Source: Clostridia bacterium
GTDB lineage: Bacteria; Bacillota; Clostridia; Christensenellales; Borkfalkiaceae
Assembly: GCA_017465865.1 (NCBI GenBank)
Contig: JAFTVF010000015.1
Span: forward strand, 428 to 64,427
Direction: 5' to 3'
DNA: 64,000 bases
The notes under the pieces were generated by a model. It was not told where the DNA came from, made no database searches, and was given only the letters and a program-made list of their open reading frames with translations. Of this stretch, positions 10,854 to 20,155 are shown piece by piece; the first letter of the stretch is position 1, and each line of letters opens with the position of its first letter. The translations under genes and the position numbers were made by a program.

Positions 10854-10888
10854 AAAAAAGCGAAACGGTTATTCGTTTCGCTTTTTTG
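10854..10888. terminator. Bidirectional intrinsic terminator
   Basis: The hairpin is AAAAAAGCGAAACG-gttatt-CGTTTCGCTTTTTT, between convergent genes. Confidence 0.8.
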
Positions 10889-10895
10889 TTGGGTG

Positions 10896-11570
10896 TTATA
10901 ATTCCATAATTTCTTTTTTCTTTTTTGTAAATTCTTCTTCGGTAATCGCGCCTTCGTTGAAAAGCGTTTTAAGATTTCTAACGGCGTTTACCTGCTCGTC
11001 GGGGGTAAGGGCAAGCGTTTTCGTTTCTCTTTTCTTAAATACGCCGCCGCCTATTTTCATAGTTTCCTTATTAGATCCGATTACTTTTTTTGTCAGAGCA
11101 GAGCCTATTGCCTTTCCTGCTTTCTTGGCGGAAAAAGTCGCTGCCTTTTTTGCAATTCCTACCGTATCGATATTTAAGGTTTCGTCTACGTCTTTGATGA
11201 CTTCTTTTGCTTTGTCTACAACGCGAGCGAATTTGCTTTTACCCGTTAGGAATTTGAGAGCTTCGCTTACGAATAATTTTGCTTCTTTTTTTGTGGCGAA
11301 TTTCAATCGTCTTTCACTATCCTTAAAATAAATATCGACCACATTGTTATTTTGCTTGACTTGGGGTAGCTCGTTATAGATTTTTACCGAGTTAATTTCG
11401 TGATTTTCTATTTCCGTTTTCTTTACCCAAAATACCGTTCGTATGATGATAAGGGAAATACGCTTTGTAGTCAAATGCACTTCCGTATCGATTTCTTTTT
11501 TGTTTACGATCAGTTTTGCCGTACTTTTGAAAAGTTCAAATTCGTCTTCTTCCAAAATAAATTGTTCCAT
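10896..11570 (-). CDS. Hypothetical protein, PH/GRAM-like N-terminal domain + Lys-rich linker + C-terminal SHOCT-like motif
   Basis: The C-terminus LKTLFNEGAITEEEFTKKKKEIM matches the SHOCT short C-terminal domain pattern. The gene is the second in a low-GC two-gene operon. Confidence 0.5.
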   Translation of the reverse strand: MEQFILEEDEFELFKSTAKLIVNKKEIDTEVHLTTKRISLIIIRTVFWVKKTEIENHEINSVKIYNELPQVKQNNNVVDIYFKDSERRLKFATKKEAKLFVSEALKFLTGKSKFARVVDKAKEVIKDVDETLNIDTVGIAKKAATFSAKKAGKAIGSALTKKVIGSNKETMKIGGGVFKKRETKTLALTPDEQVNAVRNLKTLFNEGAITEEEFTKKKKEIMEL

Positions 11571-11591
11571 AGTTTTCTCCTTTGTGTAATT

Positions 11592-12182
11592 TTATTTAAT
11601 AATGGTTGCGCTAAAAATATTTTTCTCGTAAAATTCAATCGGTCCATAGTTTGTATGTATAATAATGATCTCTTGATTGCATGCGTTCTCTTCGGGAGCA
11701 ATATAATCGGATATGTAGCCCTGCCACATTCTGCCTTCTACATCTACAAGCTCGACCTGTTCATTGAGTAGTTCTCTTAATCGTAGTAGTATAGGATAGC
11801 GTCTTTTGAGATTTTTCAAAATCGTGCGTCCGTATATGTCTTTAACTTTTATATCTGCAATATCCTTTTTATACAGCGTAACGATGCCGTAACGAATCGA
11901 GCCAACAACGATACCTTCTTCGCTTAAATCGTTATTCTCCGAGGGGAGGAAATTGATTACCATTCCGTGAATAACGATGCTGTCTGCACTGACGATTTTT
12001 ACAGGCTTATTTTTATAGAAAACCAAAGAGTTAATTTCTTTGTATTCTTTGTATTTTAATTCCTGCTCTAATTCGTCGTTCCATAAATGATCGACGTCAT
12101 ATTCCGATAAATTTCCTGAACTCTGTTGAGCACTTAGATACATGATGAATTTAATTTGTTGCTTTGTGAAAAATTTTTTCAT
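11592..12182 (-). CDS. Hypothetical protein (196 aa), no family recognised
   Basis: The ORF has an AAGGAG RBS (GAAGGAGTAAAAATTATG). It is AT-rich relative to its neighbours and lies 21 nt upstream of the SHOCT-motif gene. Confidence 0.6.
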   Translation of the reverse strand: MKKFFTKQQIKFIMYLSAQQSSGNLSEYDVDHLWNDELEQELKYKEYKEINSLVFYKNKPVKIVSADSIVIHGMVINFLPSENNDLSEEGIVVGSIRYGIVTLYKKDIADIKVKDIYGRTILKNLKRRYPILLRLRELLNEQVELVDVEGRMWQGYISDYIAPEENACNQEIIIIHTNYGPIEFYEKNIFSATIIK

Positions 12183-12500
12183 AATTTTTACTCCTTCTAT
12201 TTACTTTAACAAGGCTTTGTAAATTTCGCGAGATTTACAAGTGCTATTATGACAAATAAAAAAAGTGCGCCGACCGAAGTCAACGCACCAAAAACGCAAA
12301 CTCCGATAGTCGCCAAACTAACTTACGTGAAAGGGTGTAACCACAATAACATAAACGGAATTTGCATTTTATCAAATTCAATACTGTTATTGTGGCAAAA
12401 AATGAGCATAATTATTCTCAAAAGAAAAATACACCCAAAATTTTCACATATTCAGTTAGCTTGGCAAAATAATTATAACAAAGTATATATGAAAAGTCAA
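12183..12500 (-). promoter_or_regulatory. Promoter + long structured 5' leader + intrinsic terminator upstream of the 196-aa ORF (candidate riboswitch/attenuator or sRNA)
   Basis: On the minus strand the promoter is TTGACT (12495-12500), 17 nt, then TGTTATAAT (12472-12480). Three nested helices pair 12312-23 with 12454-65, 12327-39 with 12430-47, and 12341-50 with 12386-95. A hairpin plus T-run terminator lies at 12256-12289, followed by the inverted repeat TTGTAAAT-N8-ATTTACAA at 12217-12240. Confidence 0.45.
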
Positions 12501-12685
12501 GTATTTACAGAAAAGGAAAATTGATGATAACTACATTTTACAATGTCATAAAAAATAATTACATTTGTCATAAATTTTTATTACATAACCACAAAACAGT
12601 TGACATATGTGGAAAAATATAGTAAAATAGCCACAGTGAGAGAAGAAATGCGCATTATTATTAACTTTCACAAAAGGAGAAATTT

Positions 12686-13138
12686 ATGAAAAAACTTGTA
12701 AAAACGTTACCCGTTATCGCGGCGGTTTTAGGCTTGATCGCGATAATATCCCTGTTCCTTCCCGCCATCGTGGTGGGGGACAATGAATTCCTTGGATTTA
12801 CCACGGCGTTCGGCTATGAAAAGAAAGGGGTGGAATATCTTTCCTTTTCGTTTATGAACCTGCTTACTTATCTTTTGACGATCGGCGGAACGGTATGCGC
12901 GGTGCTTACTTATTGGAAGAAGCCGAACAAGCTCTTTGCGTGGATATCCGCGGCTTGTCTGCTGATCGCAGGCGTGTTCTTCTTCTTTATGATCTCGTTC
13001 GCTTCGCCTACCGCGACGTGGAAGTTCCTCGGTGGCTTTGAGAATCTGGCGAAGCTCGGTTACGGCGCGATCTTCGCGGGTGTATGCTGTATACTTGCTT
13101 CCGTTGCTATGATCGCGAATAAACTGTTGGAGAAATAA
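12686..13138 (+). CDS. Small integral membrane protein (4 predicted TM segments), unknown function
   Basis: Hydrophobic segments are present and the RBS is AAAGGAG. An upstream promoter reads TTGACA, 17 nt, TAAAAT. Confidence 0.6.
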   Translation: MKKLVKTLPVIAAVLGLIAIISLFLPAIVVGDNEFLGFTTAFGYEKKGVEYLSFSFMNLLTYLLTIGGTVCAVLTYWKKPNKLFAWISAACLLIAGVFFFFMISFASPTATWKFLGGFENLAKLGYGAIFAGVCCILASVAMIANKLLEK

Positions 13139-13163
13139 CGCAACGCATATCCTTCCTAATAAG

Positions 13164-13197
13164 ATACACCCCGAAAGTTTATACTTTCGGGGTGTAT
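13164..13197. terminator. Bidirectional terminator between membrane-protein gene and leuS
   Basis: Perfect 15-bp stem ATACACCCCGAAAGT-ttat-ACTTTCGGGGTGTAT. Confidence 0.8.
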
Positions 13198-13217
13198 TGC
13201 GGTTTTTTCGTTTCGTT

Positions 13218-15653
13218 TCAGCCGACGATGAGGTTTACCAAACGGCCTTTGACGATGATACATTTTCTGATCGTCTTGCCTTCGATAAGAGCGGCGATCT
13301 CGGGATACGCGCAAACGGTGTCCTTGATATCCTCGTCGGACAGCCCTTCGGGGATCATCATTTTCGCTTTGATCTTGCTGTTTACCTGTACGGCGTATTC
13401 GATCTCGTCTTTTACGAGCGCTTTTTCGTCTACCTCGGGATAGCTTTCTTCAAACACGGAATCCTTATGTCCCGTGATCTCCCACAGCTCTTCCGCGAAG
13501 TGGGGCGCAAAAGGCGCGAGCATACGGATAAGGTCGGCTACGCAGTTTTGGAAGAACAGGGCGTTCTTTTCCGCGTTTTCCGCGTCGTATTTCTGCATTG
13601 CGTTGACGTATTCCATCAAACGCGCGACGGAGGTGTTGAACGAGAACGCTTCCACGTCGCGGACGATGTTCTTGATCGCGTGATTTTTTGCGTAATCCAG
13701 AGCTTTTTCCGCCGCCTTTTTCTCGTTGTGGCCGCCTTCAAGCTCCAAGGATTTGCGAACGAGCCGTTCTACGCGGTCTGCGAATTTTGCCACCGATTTA
13801 ATACCGTCGTCGCTCCAAGGCCCGCCCTCGGTATAGCTGAACCCGAACATGAGATACAGACGGAACATATCCGAGCCGTATTCTTCGATATAGGTATCGG
13901 GGGAAACGACGTTGCCGTGCGATTTACTCATACGGTTGCCGTCAGGCCCGAGGATAATGCCTTGATGCACGAGGCGTTTGAACGGTTCGTCAAAATCGAG
14001 ATAACCCATATCACGGAGAGCTTTGGTGATAAAGCGCGCGTACAGAAGGTGCATACAAGCGTGCTCCGAGCCGCCTACGTATACGTCTACGGGCAACATT
14101 TTATTCGCGGTTTCTCTCGTGAACGGCTGTTTGTCGTTGTGCGCTTCGGGATATCTAAGATAATACCAGCTCGAACATACGAACGTATCAAGGGTATCGG
14201 GATCGCGGGTTGCCTTGCCGCCGCATTCGGGGCAGGTGCAGTGCATAAACCCGTCGTGGGACGCAAGAGGGGATTTTCCCGTCGGACGGAATTCCACGTC
14301 GTAGGGGAGCTTTACGGGCAGATCCTTTTCGGGTACGGGTACTACGCCGCACTTTTCGCAATGGATCATCGGGATCGGCGCGCCCCAGTACCGCTGACGG
14401 GATACCGACCAGTCGCGCAGTCTGTAATTGACTTTCTTACCGCCTTTGCCGATCTTGGTCAGGTGTACGGCGATCGCGTCGCGGGCTTCGTCGCCCGACA
14501 GTCCGTCGAAATCGCCGCTGTTGACGAGAATACCGTCCTCGCAGAACGGCAATACCGTTTCGCCGCCGACTTTCTGAATAACCTGCGTTACGGGCAAGCC
14601 GTATTTTTTCGCGAACGCGTAATCGCGCTCGTCGTGCGCCGCTACCGCCATTACCGCGCCCGTGCCGTAGGAATACAGCACGTAGTCCGCAAGATAAACG
14701 GGTAATTTTTTACCCGTAAGGGGATGAGTCGCGTATGCGCCCGAGAACGTACCCGTCTTTTCACGCGCCGTGGAAAGTCTGTCGATATCGTTTGCTTCCG
14801 CGGCGTAACGCACGTACGCGTCGATCGCTTCCGCGCGTTCGGGGTGTGCGGCTTTCAGCTTGTCCACCAACGGGTGTTCGGGGGCGATCACCACGTAGTT
14901 TACGCCGAACACGGTGTCGGGACGGGTGGTGAAAACGGTGATATCGTCCCCCGTTTCACACTCGAAGTGGATCTCACAGCCCGTGGATTTGCCGATCCAG
15001 TTCTTCTGCATCAGCTTGGTCTTTTCGGGCCAATTCAACCCGTCGAGGTCTTTCAAAAGCTCTTCCGCGTAATCGGTGATCTTGAAGAACCACTGGGTCA
15101 TATCCTTGCGGAGCACGACGGAGCTGCAACGCTCGCATTCGCCGTTGATGACCTGTTCGTTGGCGAGCACCGTTTCGCAGGACGGACACCAGTTGACGAG
15201 CGCGTTCTTGCGGTAAGCGAGACCTTTTTTATAGAGCTGTAAGAACAGCCATTGCGTCCATTTATAATAATTTTCCTCGCAGGTCGTGATCTCGGCAGAC
15301 CAATCGAACATAGCGCCCATATTACGGAGCTGCTGTTCCATCGTCGCGATATTCTTTTCCGTGGAGTCCTTGGGGTGAATCCCCGTCTTTATCGCGTAGT
15401 TTTCCGCGGGCAGACCGAACGCGTCGAAGCCCATGGGCTGGAATACTTCGAAGCCCTGCATACGCTTAAACCGCGCGTAAGTGTCCGTAGGACCGTAATT
15501 GTACCAATGCCCGACGTGGAGCTTTGCCCCCGAGGGATAGGAGAACATTTCCAAAACGTAGAGTTTTTTGTCCGCGTTTTTCTTATTGAAAACGTTGAGC
15601 TTGGATTTCTCCCATTTTGCTTGCCATTTGCTTTCTACGGATTTCATATCCAT
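13218..15653 (-). CDS. leuS: Leucyl-tRNA synthetase
   Basis: HIGH-type motif ([10 protein letters not shown]), KMSKS motif (NRMSKSHGN) and a CP1 editing region. The start [10 protein letters not shown] is preceded by GGAGG. The longer ORF to 15755 is rejected. Confidence 0.95.
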   Translation of the reverse strand: MDMKSVESKWQAKWEKSKLNVFNKKNADKKLYVLEMFSYPSGAKLHVGHWYNYGPTDTYARFKRMQGFEVFQPMGFDAFGLPAENYAIKTGIHPKDSTEKNIATMEQQLRNMGAMFDWSAEITTCEENYYKWTQWLFLQLYKKGLAYRKNALVNWCPSCETVLANEQVINGECERCSSVVLRKDMTQWFFKITDYAEELLKDLDGLNWPEKTKLMQKNWIGKSTGCEIHFECETGDDITVFTTRPDTVFGVNYVVIAPEHPLVDKLKAAHPERAEAIDAYVRYAAEANDIDRLSTAREKTGTFSGAYATHPLTGKKLPVYLADYVLYSYGTGAVMAVAAHDERDYAFAKKYGLPVTQVIQKVGGETVLPFCEDGILVNSGDFDGLSGDEARDAIAVHLTKIGKGGKKVNYRLRDWSVSRQRYWGAPIPMIHCEKCGVVPVPEKDLPVKLPYDVEFRPTGKSPLASHDGFMHCTCPECGGKATRDPDTLDTFVCSSWYYLRYPEAHNDKQPFTRETANKMLPVDVYVGGSEHACMHLLYARFITKALRDMGYLDFDEPFKRLVHQGIILGPDGNRMSKSHGNVVSPDTYIEEYGSDMFRLYLMFGFSYTEGGPWSDDGIKSVAKFADRVERLVRKSLELEGGHNEKKAAEKALDYAKNHAIKNIVRDVEAFSFNTSVARLMEYVNAMQKYDAENAEKNALFFQNCVADLIRMLAPFAPHFAEELWEITGHKDSVFEESYPEVDEKALVKDEIEYAVQVNSKIKAKMMIPEGLSDEDIKDTVCAYPEIAALIEGKTIRKCIIVKGRLVNLIVG

Positions 15654-15775
15654 ACTACTAAAACCTCCGATTTTCGTGCGAAAACGCTCGCAGAAATCAT
15701 TCCATATAAATATACAGATAATATTATAAAACAATTTCAAGGACAAGTCAAGCAATTATACGGCGGATAAGGGCT

Positions 15776-16528
15776 ATGAAATTGACGAAAGGGATAAATA
15801 ATTTCGTTTTTACGGCATACAATAATGGTGTGGAAGAAATAACGATAACGCAAAACGGCTATGACGGGCTGTATATGTCCTACCTCTACGGAAAAGTCCG
15901 CGAACGCTTTTCCTTTCTGCCCTCCGTGTGCGATCTGGAAAAAGACGGGGACAGAACGGAGCTCGCGTTCAAAACGGAACGGGAATACTGTCCGTACGTG
16001 CGCAAGTTCGCAGAAGAACATATCGCCGATATCCTCGCGATCGGCTACAAATATTCCTTTTTTGAAAAACGCCTGCCTTTGCCCTTGCTCACAAAACCGC
16101 AAAAACGGGTGCTTTTGACCGCGCTCGTCGCCGCGGACTATCGGGAAGACCGCGCGTATATCGCAAGACGGATACGCGGTTTTGAACAGTACTGCCTCGA
16201 CGGACTGTTCCATTTTCGGCTTCGGGACTTACAAAAACGCTGGGAGGGGATCATCGACTATATCCCTACGGACATGGGCGAAAGCTCGATGGACGGGTTT
16301 TTGGAGTTTCTCGCCGAGGACGGGGAGGGGAAACTCTTCTTAAAAAACGGCAAGGTTTACGACGAGGATTACCGTCCGCTCTCGCGCAGTCTGTTGACGG
16401 GCGTGGAAAACCCGATCGGGGAAATCTTGCTCGGCGGGGCGGAGCAGGTATACGTGTTTGGGGAAACGGACGAGGACACGAAAGCGTTTTTGGAAAAATA
16501 TTACGGCGAAAAAGCGGTTTTTTGCTAA
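15776..16528 (+). CDS. YtxC-like putative sporulation protein
   Basis: The 250-aa ORF lies immediately upstream of thrS, as ytxC does in Bacillus and Clostridia. The call rests on weak recollection of family similarity. Confidence 0.45.
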   Translation: MKLTKGINNFVFTAYNNGVEEITITQNGYDGLYMSYLYGKVRERFSFLPSVCDLEKDGDRTELAFKTEREYCPYVRKFAEEHIADILAIGYKYSFFEKRLPLPLLTKPQKRVLLTALVAADYREDRAYIARRIRGFEQYCLDGLFHFRLRDLQKRWEGIIDYIPTDMGESSMDGFLEFLAEDGEGKLFLKNGKVYDEDYRPLSRSLLTGVENPIGEILLGGAEQVYVFGETDEDTKAFLEKYYGEKAVFC

Positions 16529-16535
16529 AAAACGA

Positions 16536-16785
16536 TTGACAAACGCCGCGGAAAGGGTTACAATAGAAACCGTAAAGACAAGTAGCGTCGTTTGGGTTTT
16601 TGCAGAGAGCCTGCCCTTGGCTGTGAGGCGGGTAAACGCGGACGGAGTGCGAAACCGCTTTACGGTTCGAAAATTGCAAAGATAAAAAGCGGTCGTAGCA
16701 GGGCTACGGCAATTAAGGTGGAACCGCGCAAATTCTGCGTCCTTAAATTTCTCTTTAAGAGAGATTTAAGGATTTTTTATTTATC
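16536..16785 (+). promoter_or_regulatory. T-box riboswitch leader of thrS (with promoter and terminator)
   Basis: The promoter is TTGACA (16536), 17 nt, TACAAT. An AGAGAG stem I element is present. The T-box sequence AATTAAGGTGGAACCGCG lies at 16711-16728. The terminator CCTTAAATTTCTCT-ttaag-AGAGATTTAAGG plus a T-run lies at 16741-16778. A GAA-ACC-G element is a plausible Thr specifier. Confidence 0.8.
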
Positions 16786-16821
16786 GGAAAATCATAAAAC
16801 ATACATATACGGAGGAATATT

Positions 16822-18729
16822 ATGAAGATCATTCTCAAAAGCGGCGATGCAATGGAGCTTGCGGAAAATTCGACGGCGATGCAGGCGGCGCAGTCGATCT
16901 CGGAGGGGCTTGCGCGCAATGCAGTCTGCGCGAAAGTCAACGGCGCGCTCGTCGATTTATCGCACGAGCTCAAAGAGGGGGACAGCCTTGAAATCGTAAC
17001 GCTGAAAGACAAAGAGGGCTTGCAGGTCTATCGCCATACCTGCGCGCACGTGCTCGCACAGGCGCTGAAAACGGTATACCCTACCTGTAAACTGTCCATC
17101 GGTCCCGTTATCGAAAACGGGTTCTATTACGATATCGATTTCGTAACCCCGATCACGCAGGCGGACCTTGCCAAGGTTGAAACGGAAATGCAGAAGATCA
17201 TAAAAAGCAATCTGCCCATCGAGCGTTTCACGCTGCCCAAGGCAGAGGCGATCGAGCTTATGAAAGGATACAGCGAAAACTATAAAGTGGAGCTGATCGA
17301 AGAACTGCCCGAGGGGGAAACGATTTCTTTCTACAAGCAGGGCGCGTTCACCGATCTTTGCCGCGGACCGCATTTGCCGTCCACGGGCAAGATCAAAGCG
17401 TTCAAGCTCACGAGCATTGCGGGCGCGTATTGGCGCGGGGACGAGCATAACAAAATGCTCACCCGTATCTACGGTACGGCATTTGCGAAAAAGGACGAAA
17501 TGGAAGCGTACTTCACCATGCTCGAAGAGGCGAAAAAACGCGATCATACGAAGCTAGGGAAAGAACTCAAACTCTTTGCGATCATGAACGAGGGCAAGGG
17601 CTTGCCTTTCTTCCTGCCGAACGGCATGGTGCTGAAAAACGCCCTGATCGATTACTGGCGGGAAATCCACACCCGCGAGGGCTATGTCGAGGTGCAGACC
17701 CCGATCATGCTCAACCGCACGCTTTGGGAAACCTCGGGGCACTGGTTTCATTACCGCGACAATATGTACACGACCAAGGTAGACGAAGAGGATTTCGCGA
17801 TCAAGCCCATGAACTGCCCGGGCGGTATTCTCGTCTATAAAAACGAACCGCACAGCTATAAGGATCTCCCGATCCGTATGGGCGAGTTGGGTTTGGTACA
17901 CCGCCACGAAAAATCCGGTCAGCTCCACGGCTTGTTCCGCGTGCGTTGCTTTACGCAGGACGACGCGCATATTTTCATGACGCGCGAACAGATCAAGGAC
18001 GAGATTAAGGGTGTTGTGCGGCTTATCAACGAGGTGTATACGCTGTTCGGGTTCAAGTACCACGTAGAGCTTTCCACCCGTCCCGAAAACAGTATGGGCA
18101 GCGACGAGGATTGGGAGGTCGCGACCGAGAGTTTGCGTAACGCGCTCAACGATTTGGGGCTTGACTACGTCGTCAACGAGGGCGACGGCGCGTTCTACGG
18201 TCCGAAGATCGACTTCCACTTGGAAGACAGTATCGGCAGAACGTGGCAGTGCGGTACGATCCAGCTCGACTTCCAGCTTCCCCAGCGTTTTGAAATGGAA
18301 TACGTTGGCGAGGACGGCGCGAAACACCGCCCGATCATGGTACACCGCGTGGCATTCGGCTCGATCGAACGCTTTATCGGTATCCTTATCGAGCATTTCG
18401 CGGGCAAATTCCCCGTATGGCTCTCGCCCGTACAGGTCAAGATTTTGCCGATCACCGACAGACAGCTTGACTACGCGAACGAGCTTTGCAAGAAAATGAA
18501 AGAGGCGGGCGTGCGCGTGCAGGTGGACGACCGCAGTGAGAAGATCGGCTATAAGATCCGCGAAGCGCAAATGGAAAAAGTGCCGTATATGCTCGTCGTG
18601 GGCGAAAAGGAAGCGGAAGCGGGACAGGTTGCCGTACGCCGCCGCGACAAGGGCGATATGGGTGCGGTGAGCGCGGACGAATTTATCGCTGCCGTCTGCA
18701 AGGATATCGCGGATAAGACGGTATTCTGA
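16822..18729 (+). CDS. thrS: Threonyl-tRNA synthetase
   Basis: N-terminal TGS domain, a second additional domain, and class II core motifs (HRHEKSGQLHGLFRVRCFTQDDAHIF, GTIQLDF). Confidence 0.97.
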   Translation: MKIILKSGDAMELAENSTAMQAAQSISEGLARNAVCAKVNGALVDLSHELKEGDSLEIVTLKDKEGLQVYRHTCAHVLAQALKTVYPTCKLSIGPVIENGFYYDIDFVTPITQADLAKVETEMQKIIKSNLPIERFTLPKAEAIELMKGYSENYKVELIEELPEGETISFYKQGAFTDLCRGPHLPSTGKIKAFKLTSIAGAYWRGDEHNKMLTRIYGTAFAKKDEMEAYFTMLEEAKKRDHTKLGKELKLFAIMNEGKGLPFFLPNGMVLKNALIDYWREIHTREGYVEVQTPIMLNRTLWETSGHWFHYRDNMYTTKVDEEDFAIKPMNCPGGILVYKNEPHSYKDLPIRMGELGLVHRHEKSGQLHGLFRVRCFTQDDAHIFMTREQIKDEIKGVVRLINEVYTLFGFKYHVELSTRPENSMGSDEDWEVATESLRNALNDLGLDYVVNEGDGAFYGPKIDFHLEDSIGRTWQCGTIQLDFQLPQRFEMEYVGEDGAKHRPIMVHRVAFGSIERFIGILIEHFAGKFPVWLSPVQVKILPITDRQLDYANELCKKMKEAGVRVQVDDRSEKIGYKIREAQMEKVPYMLVVGEKEAEAGQVAVRRRDKGDMGAVSADEFIAAVCKDIADKTVF

Positions 18730-18765
18730 AAAAATAAAATTTTTTGAAAAATACCGAAAAAACGC

Positions 18766-18940
18766 TTGACAGACAGGTTTGCTTTGTGGTAAGATATGTA
18801 AGCTAAGCAGAAGCGAACCTTCTCGCCGTGCGGTTTGGATCGGTACGGCTCGATAATTTTTCTACCGCGGAAAAGCGGGGATAGTTATGCGAAAAAAGGG
18901 TTGCTTTTGCAAGCGACCCTTTAATTTTTGCGTGAGGTAC
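18766..18940 (+). promoter_or_regulatory. Promoter and L20-leader-like attenuator of infC-rpmI-rplT
   Basis: The promoter is TTGACA (18766), 18 nt, TAAGAT. The structured leader ends in the hairpin AAGGGTTGC-ttttgcaa-GCGACCCTT followed by TAATTTTT, just before infC. This position matches the Firmicute L20 leader. Confidence 0.55.
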
Positions 18941-18946
18941 ACTACC

Positions 18947-19456
18947 ATTAAAGACCAGCATCAGCTCAACGAAGAAATTCGCGACAGAGAACTCAGAGTA
19001 ATTTCCGCTACGGGCGAACAGCTCGGCATTATGAGCGCGGCGGAAGCGCTTCGCCTTGCGGAGGAAGCCGATCTCGATTTGGTGAAAATTTCGCCGAACG
19101 CCGTTCCGCCCGTGTGCAAGATCATGAACTACGGAAAGTTCAAGTTCGAGCAGGCGAAAAAGGAAAAGGAAAACCGTAAAAACCAGAAAGTGGTGGAATT
19201 GAAAGAGATCTATCTTTCGATGACCATTGACGTAGGCGATCTCAACGTCAAGGCGAAAAAGACCTTGGAAATGCTGGAAGACGGCAACAAAGTCAAGGTA
19301 TCGATCCGTATGCGTGGCAGACAGATGGCGCACGCGGCGATGGGCGTGGACGTAATGAAACGTTTTTTCGACATGCTCGGCGGGAAAGCGGTAATGGACA
19401 AAGCGCCCAAGACGGAAGGCAGAAATATCTTGATGATCCTTTCGCCCGCAAAATAA
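18947..19456 (+). CDS. infC: Translation initiation factor IF-3 with ATT start codon
   Basis: The conserved IF-3 sequence (INEEIRDRELRVI..., KIMNYGKFKFEQ) begins at an in-frame ATT, 8 nt after GAGGT. A non-AUG infC start is the well-known autoregulatory feature. The upstream ATG at 18887 would add non-homologous residues. Confidence 0.85.
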   Translation: MKDQHQLNEEIRDRELRVISATGEQLGIMSAAEALRLAEEADLDLVKISPNAVPPVCKIMNYGKFKFEQAKKEKENRKNQKVVELKEIYLSMTIDVGDLNVKAKKTLEMLEDGNKVKVSIRMRGRQMAHAAMGVDVMKRFFDMLGGKAVMDKAPKTEGRNILMILSPAK

Positions 19457-19529
19457 GTACGATAACTTAATTTGTCCGTTGGACAAGTTCGGATATAAAA
19501 AAAGAAAAAAATTTTCGGAGGATAAAATT

Positions 19530-19730
19530 ATGCCTAAACAGAAAACACATAGCAGTACCAAAAAGCGTTTCTGGCTGACCGGTTCGGGTAAAGTAAACCG
19601 TTCTCACAGCGGTAAGAACCACAAAGCGGAAACCAAGAACAGAAAGAGAAAGAGACGTTTACGTCAGGGCGCGCTCGTAGCTTCCACGCAGGAAAGCACC
19701 GTAAAGAGCATGATGCCTTACAAGAAATAA
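19530..19730 (+). CDS. rpmI: 50S ribosomal protein L35
   Basis: MPKQKTHSSTKKRF... is typical of L35. The RBS is GGAGGA. Confidence 0.95.
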   Translation: MPKQKTHSSTKKRFWLTGSGKVNRSHSGKNHKAETKNRKRKRRLRQGALVASTQESTVKSMMPYKK

Positions 19731-19750
19731 GAGAAGGAGAATAAAGAAGT

Positions 19751-20101
19751 ATGCGTATTAAAAGAGCAGTAAACGCGGTTAAAAAGCGTAGAAAAATTTT
19801 CAAACTTTCCAAAGGCTATTACGGAAGTAAGAGCCGTTCTTACAGAATCGCTCGCGAAGCGGTAATGAAGTCGTTGAACTATGCGTATATCGGCAGAAGA
19901 CTGAGAAAGAGAGATTTCCGTCGTCTGTGGATCGCAAGAATCAACGCGGCGGCAAGACTGAACGGTCTTTCTTACAGCAAAATGATGCACGGTCTTAACG
20001 TTGCGGGTATCAACCTCAACAGAAAAGTGCTTGCGGATCTGGCTGTAAACGACGCGGCGGCATTCGCTCAGCTCGTCGAAAAAGCGAAAGCGGCGCTCTA
20101 A
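19751..20101 (+). CDS. rplT: 50S ribosomal protein L20
   Basis: [29 protein letters not shown] is typical of L20. Confidence 0.97.
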   Translation: MRIKRAVNAVKKRRKIFKLSKGYYGSKSRSYRIAREAVMKSLNYAYIGRRLRKRDFRRLWIARINAAARLNGLSYSKMMHGLNVAGINLNRKVLADLAVNDAAAFAQLVEKAKAAL

Positions 20102-20108
20102 TTGCAAG

Positions 20109-20145
20109 AAAAAAGCCTTTTCCGAGTAAAAGGCTTTTTCGTTAT
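20109..20145 (+). terminator. Intrinsic terminator after rplT
   Basis: AAAAGCCTTTT-ccgagt-AAAAGGCTTTTT followed by a T-rich tract. Confidence 0.75.
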
Positions 20146-20155
20146 TTTTCAAGAA

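Noticed and set aside
12249-12524. A 91-aa plus-strand ORF in the AT-rich intergenic region.
   Set aside because: It has no RBS and its composition is low-complexity. It overlaps the minus-strand promoter, nested helices and terminator, which explain the sequence better.
13197-14705. A 502-aa ORF on the plus strand, plus many similar long ORFs: 960-2273(-), 17554-18570(-), 19718-20884(-), 20926-21831(-), 22858-24042(-), 25362-26264(-), 35089-36393(-), 37387-38250(-), 39087-40052(-), 40320-40883(-), 41106-41888(+), 61334-62116(-).
   Set aside because: They lie antisense to, or out of frame with, confidently identified conserved genes (leuS, thrS, gdhA, the ATPase and others). Their products are Arg/His/Val-rich low-complexity sequences typical of shadow ORFs in GC-rich coding DNA, and they lack an RBS.
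15654-15775. Possible T-box leader for leuS.
   Set aside because: Only about 120 nt separate the leuS start from the divergent ytxC-like gene. No GGTGG-ACCGCG T-box sequence or terminator is present on the minus strand.
18887-18946. ATG at 18887 as the infC start.
   Set aside because: The 20 residues it adds (MRKKGCFCKRPFNFCVRYTT) overlap the leader terminator hairpin and have no IF-3 homology. ATT at 18947 with a GAGGT RBS fits the known infC biology.
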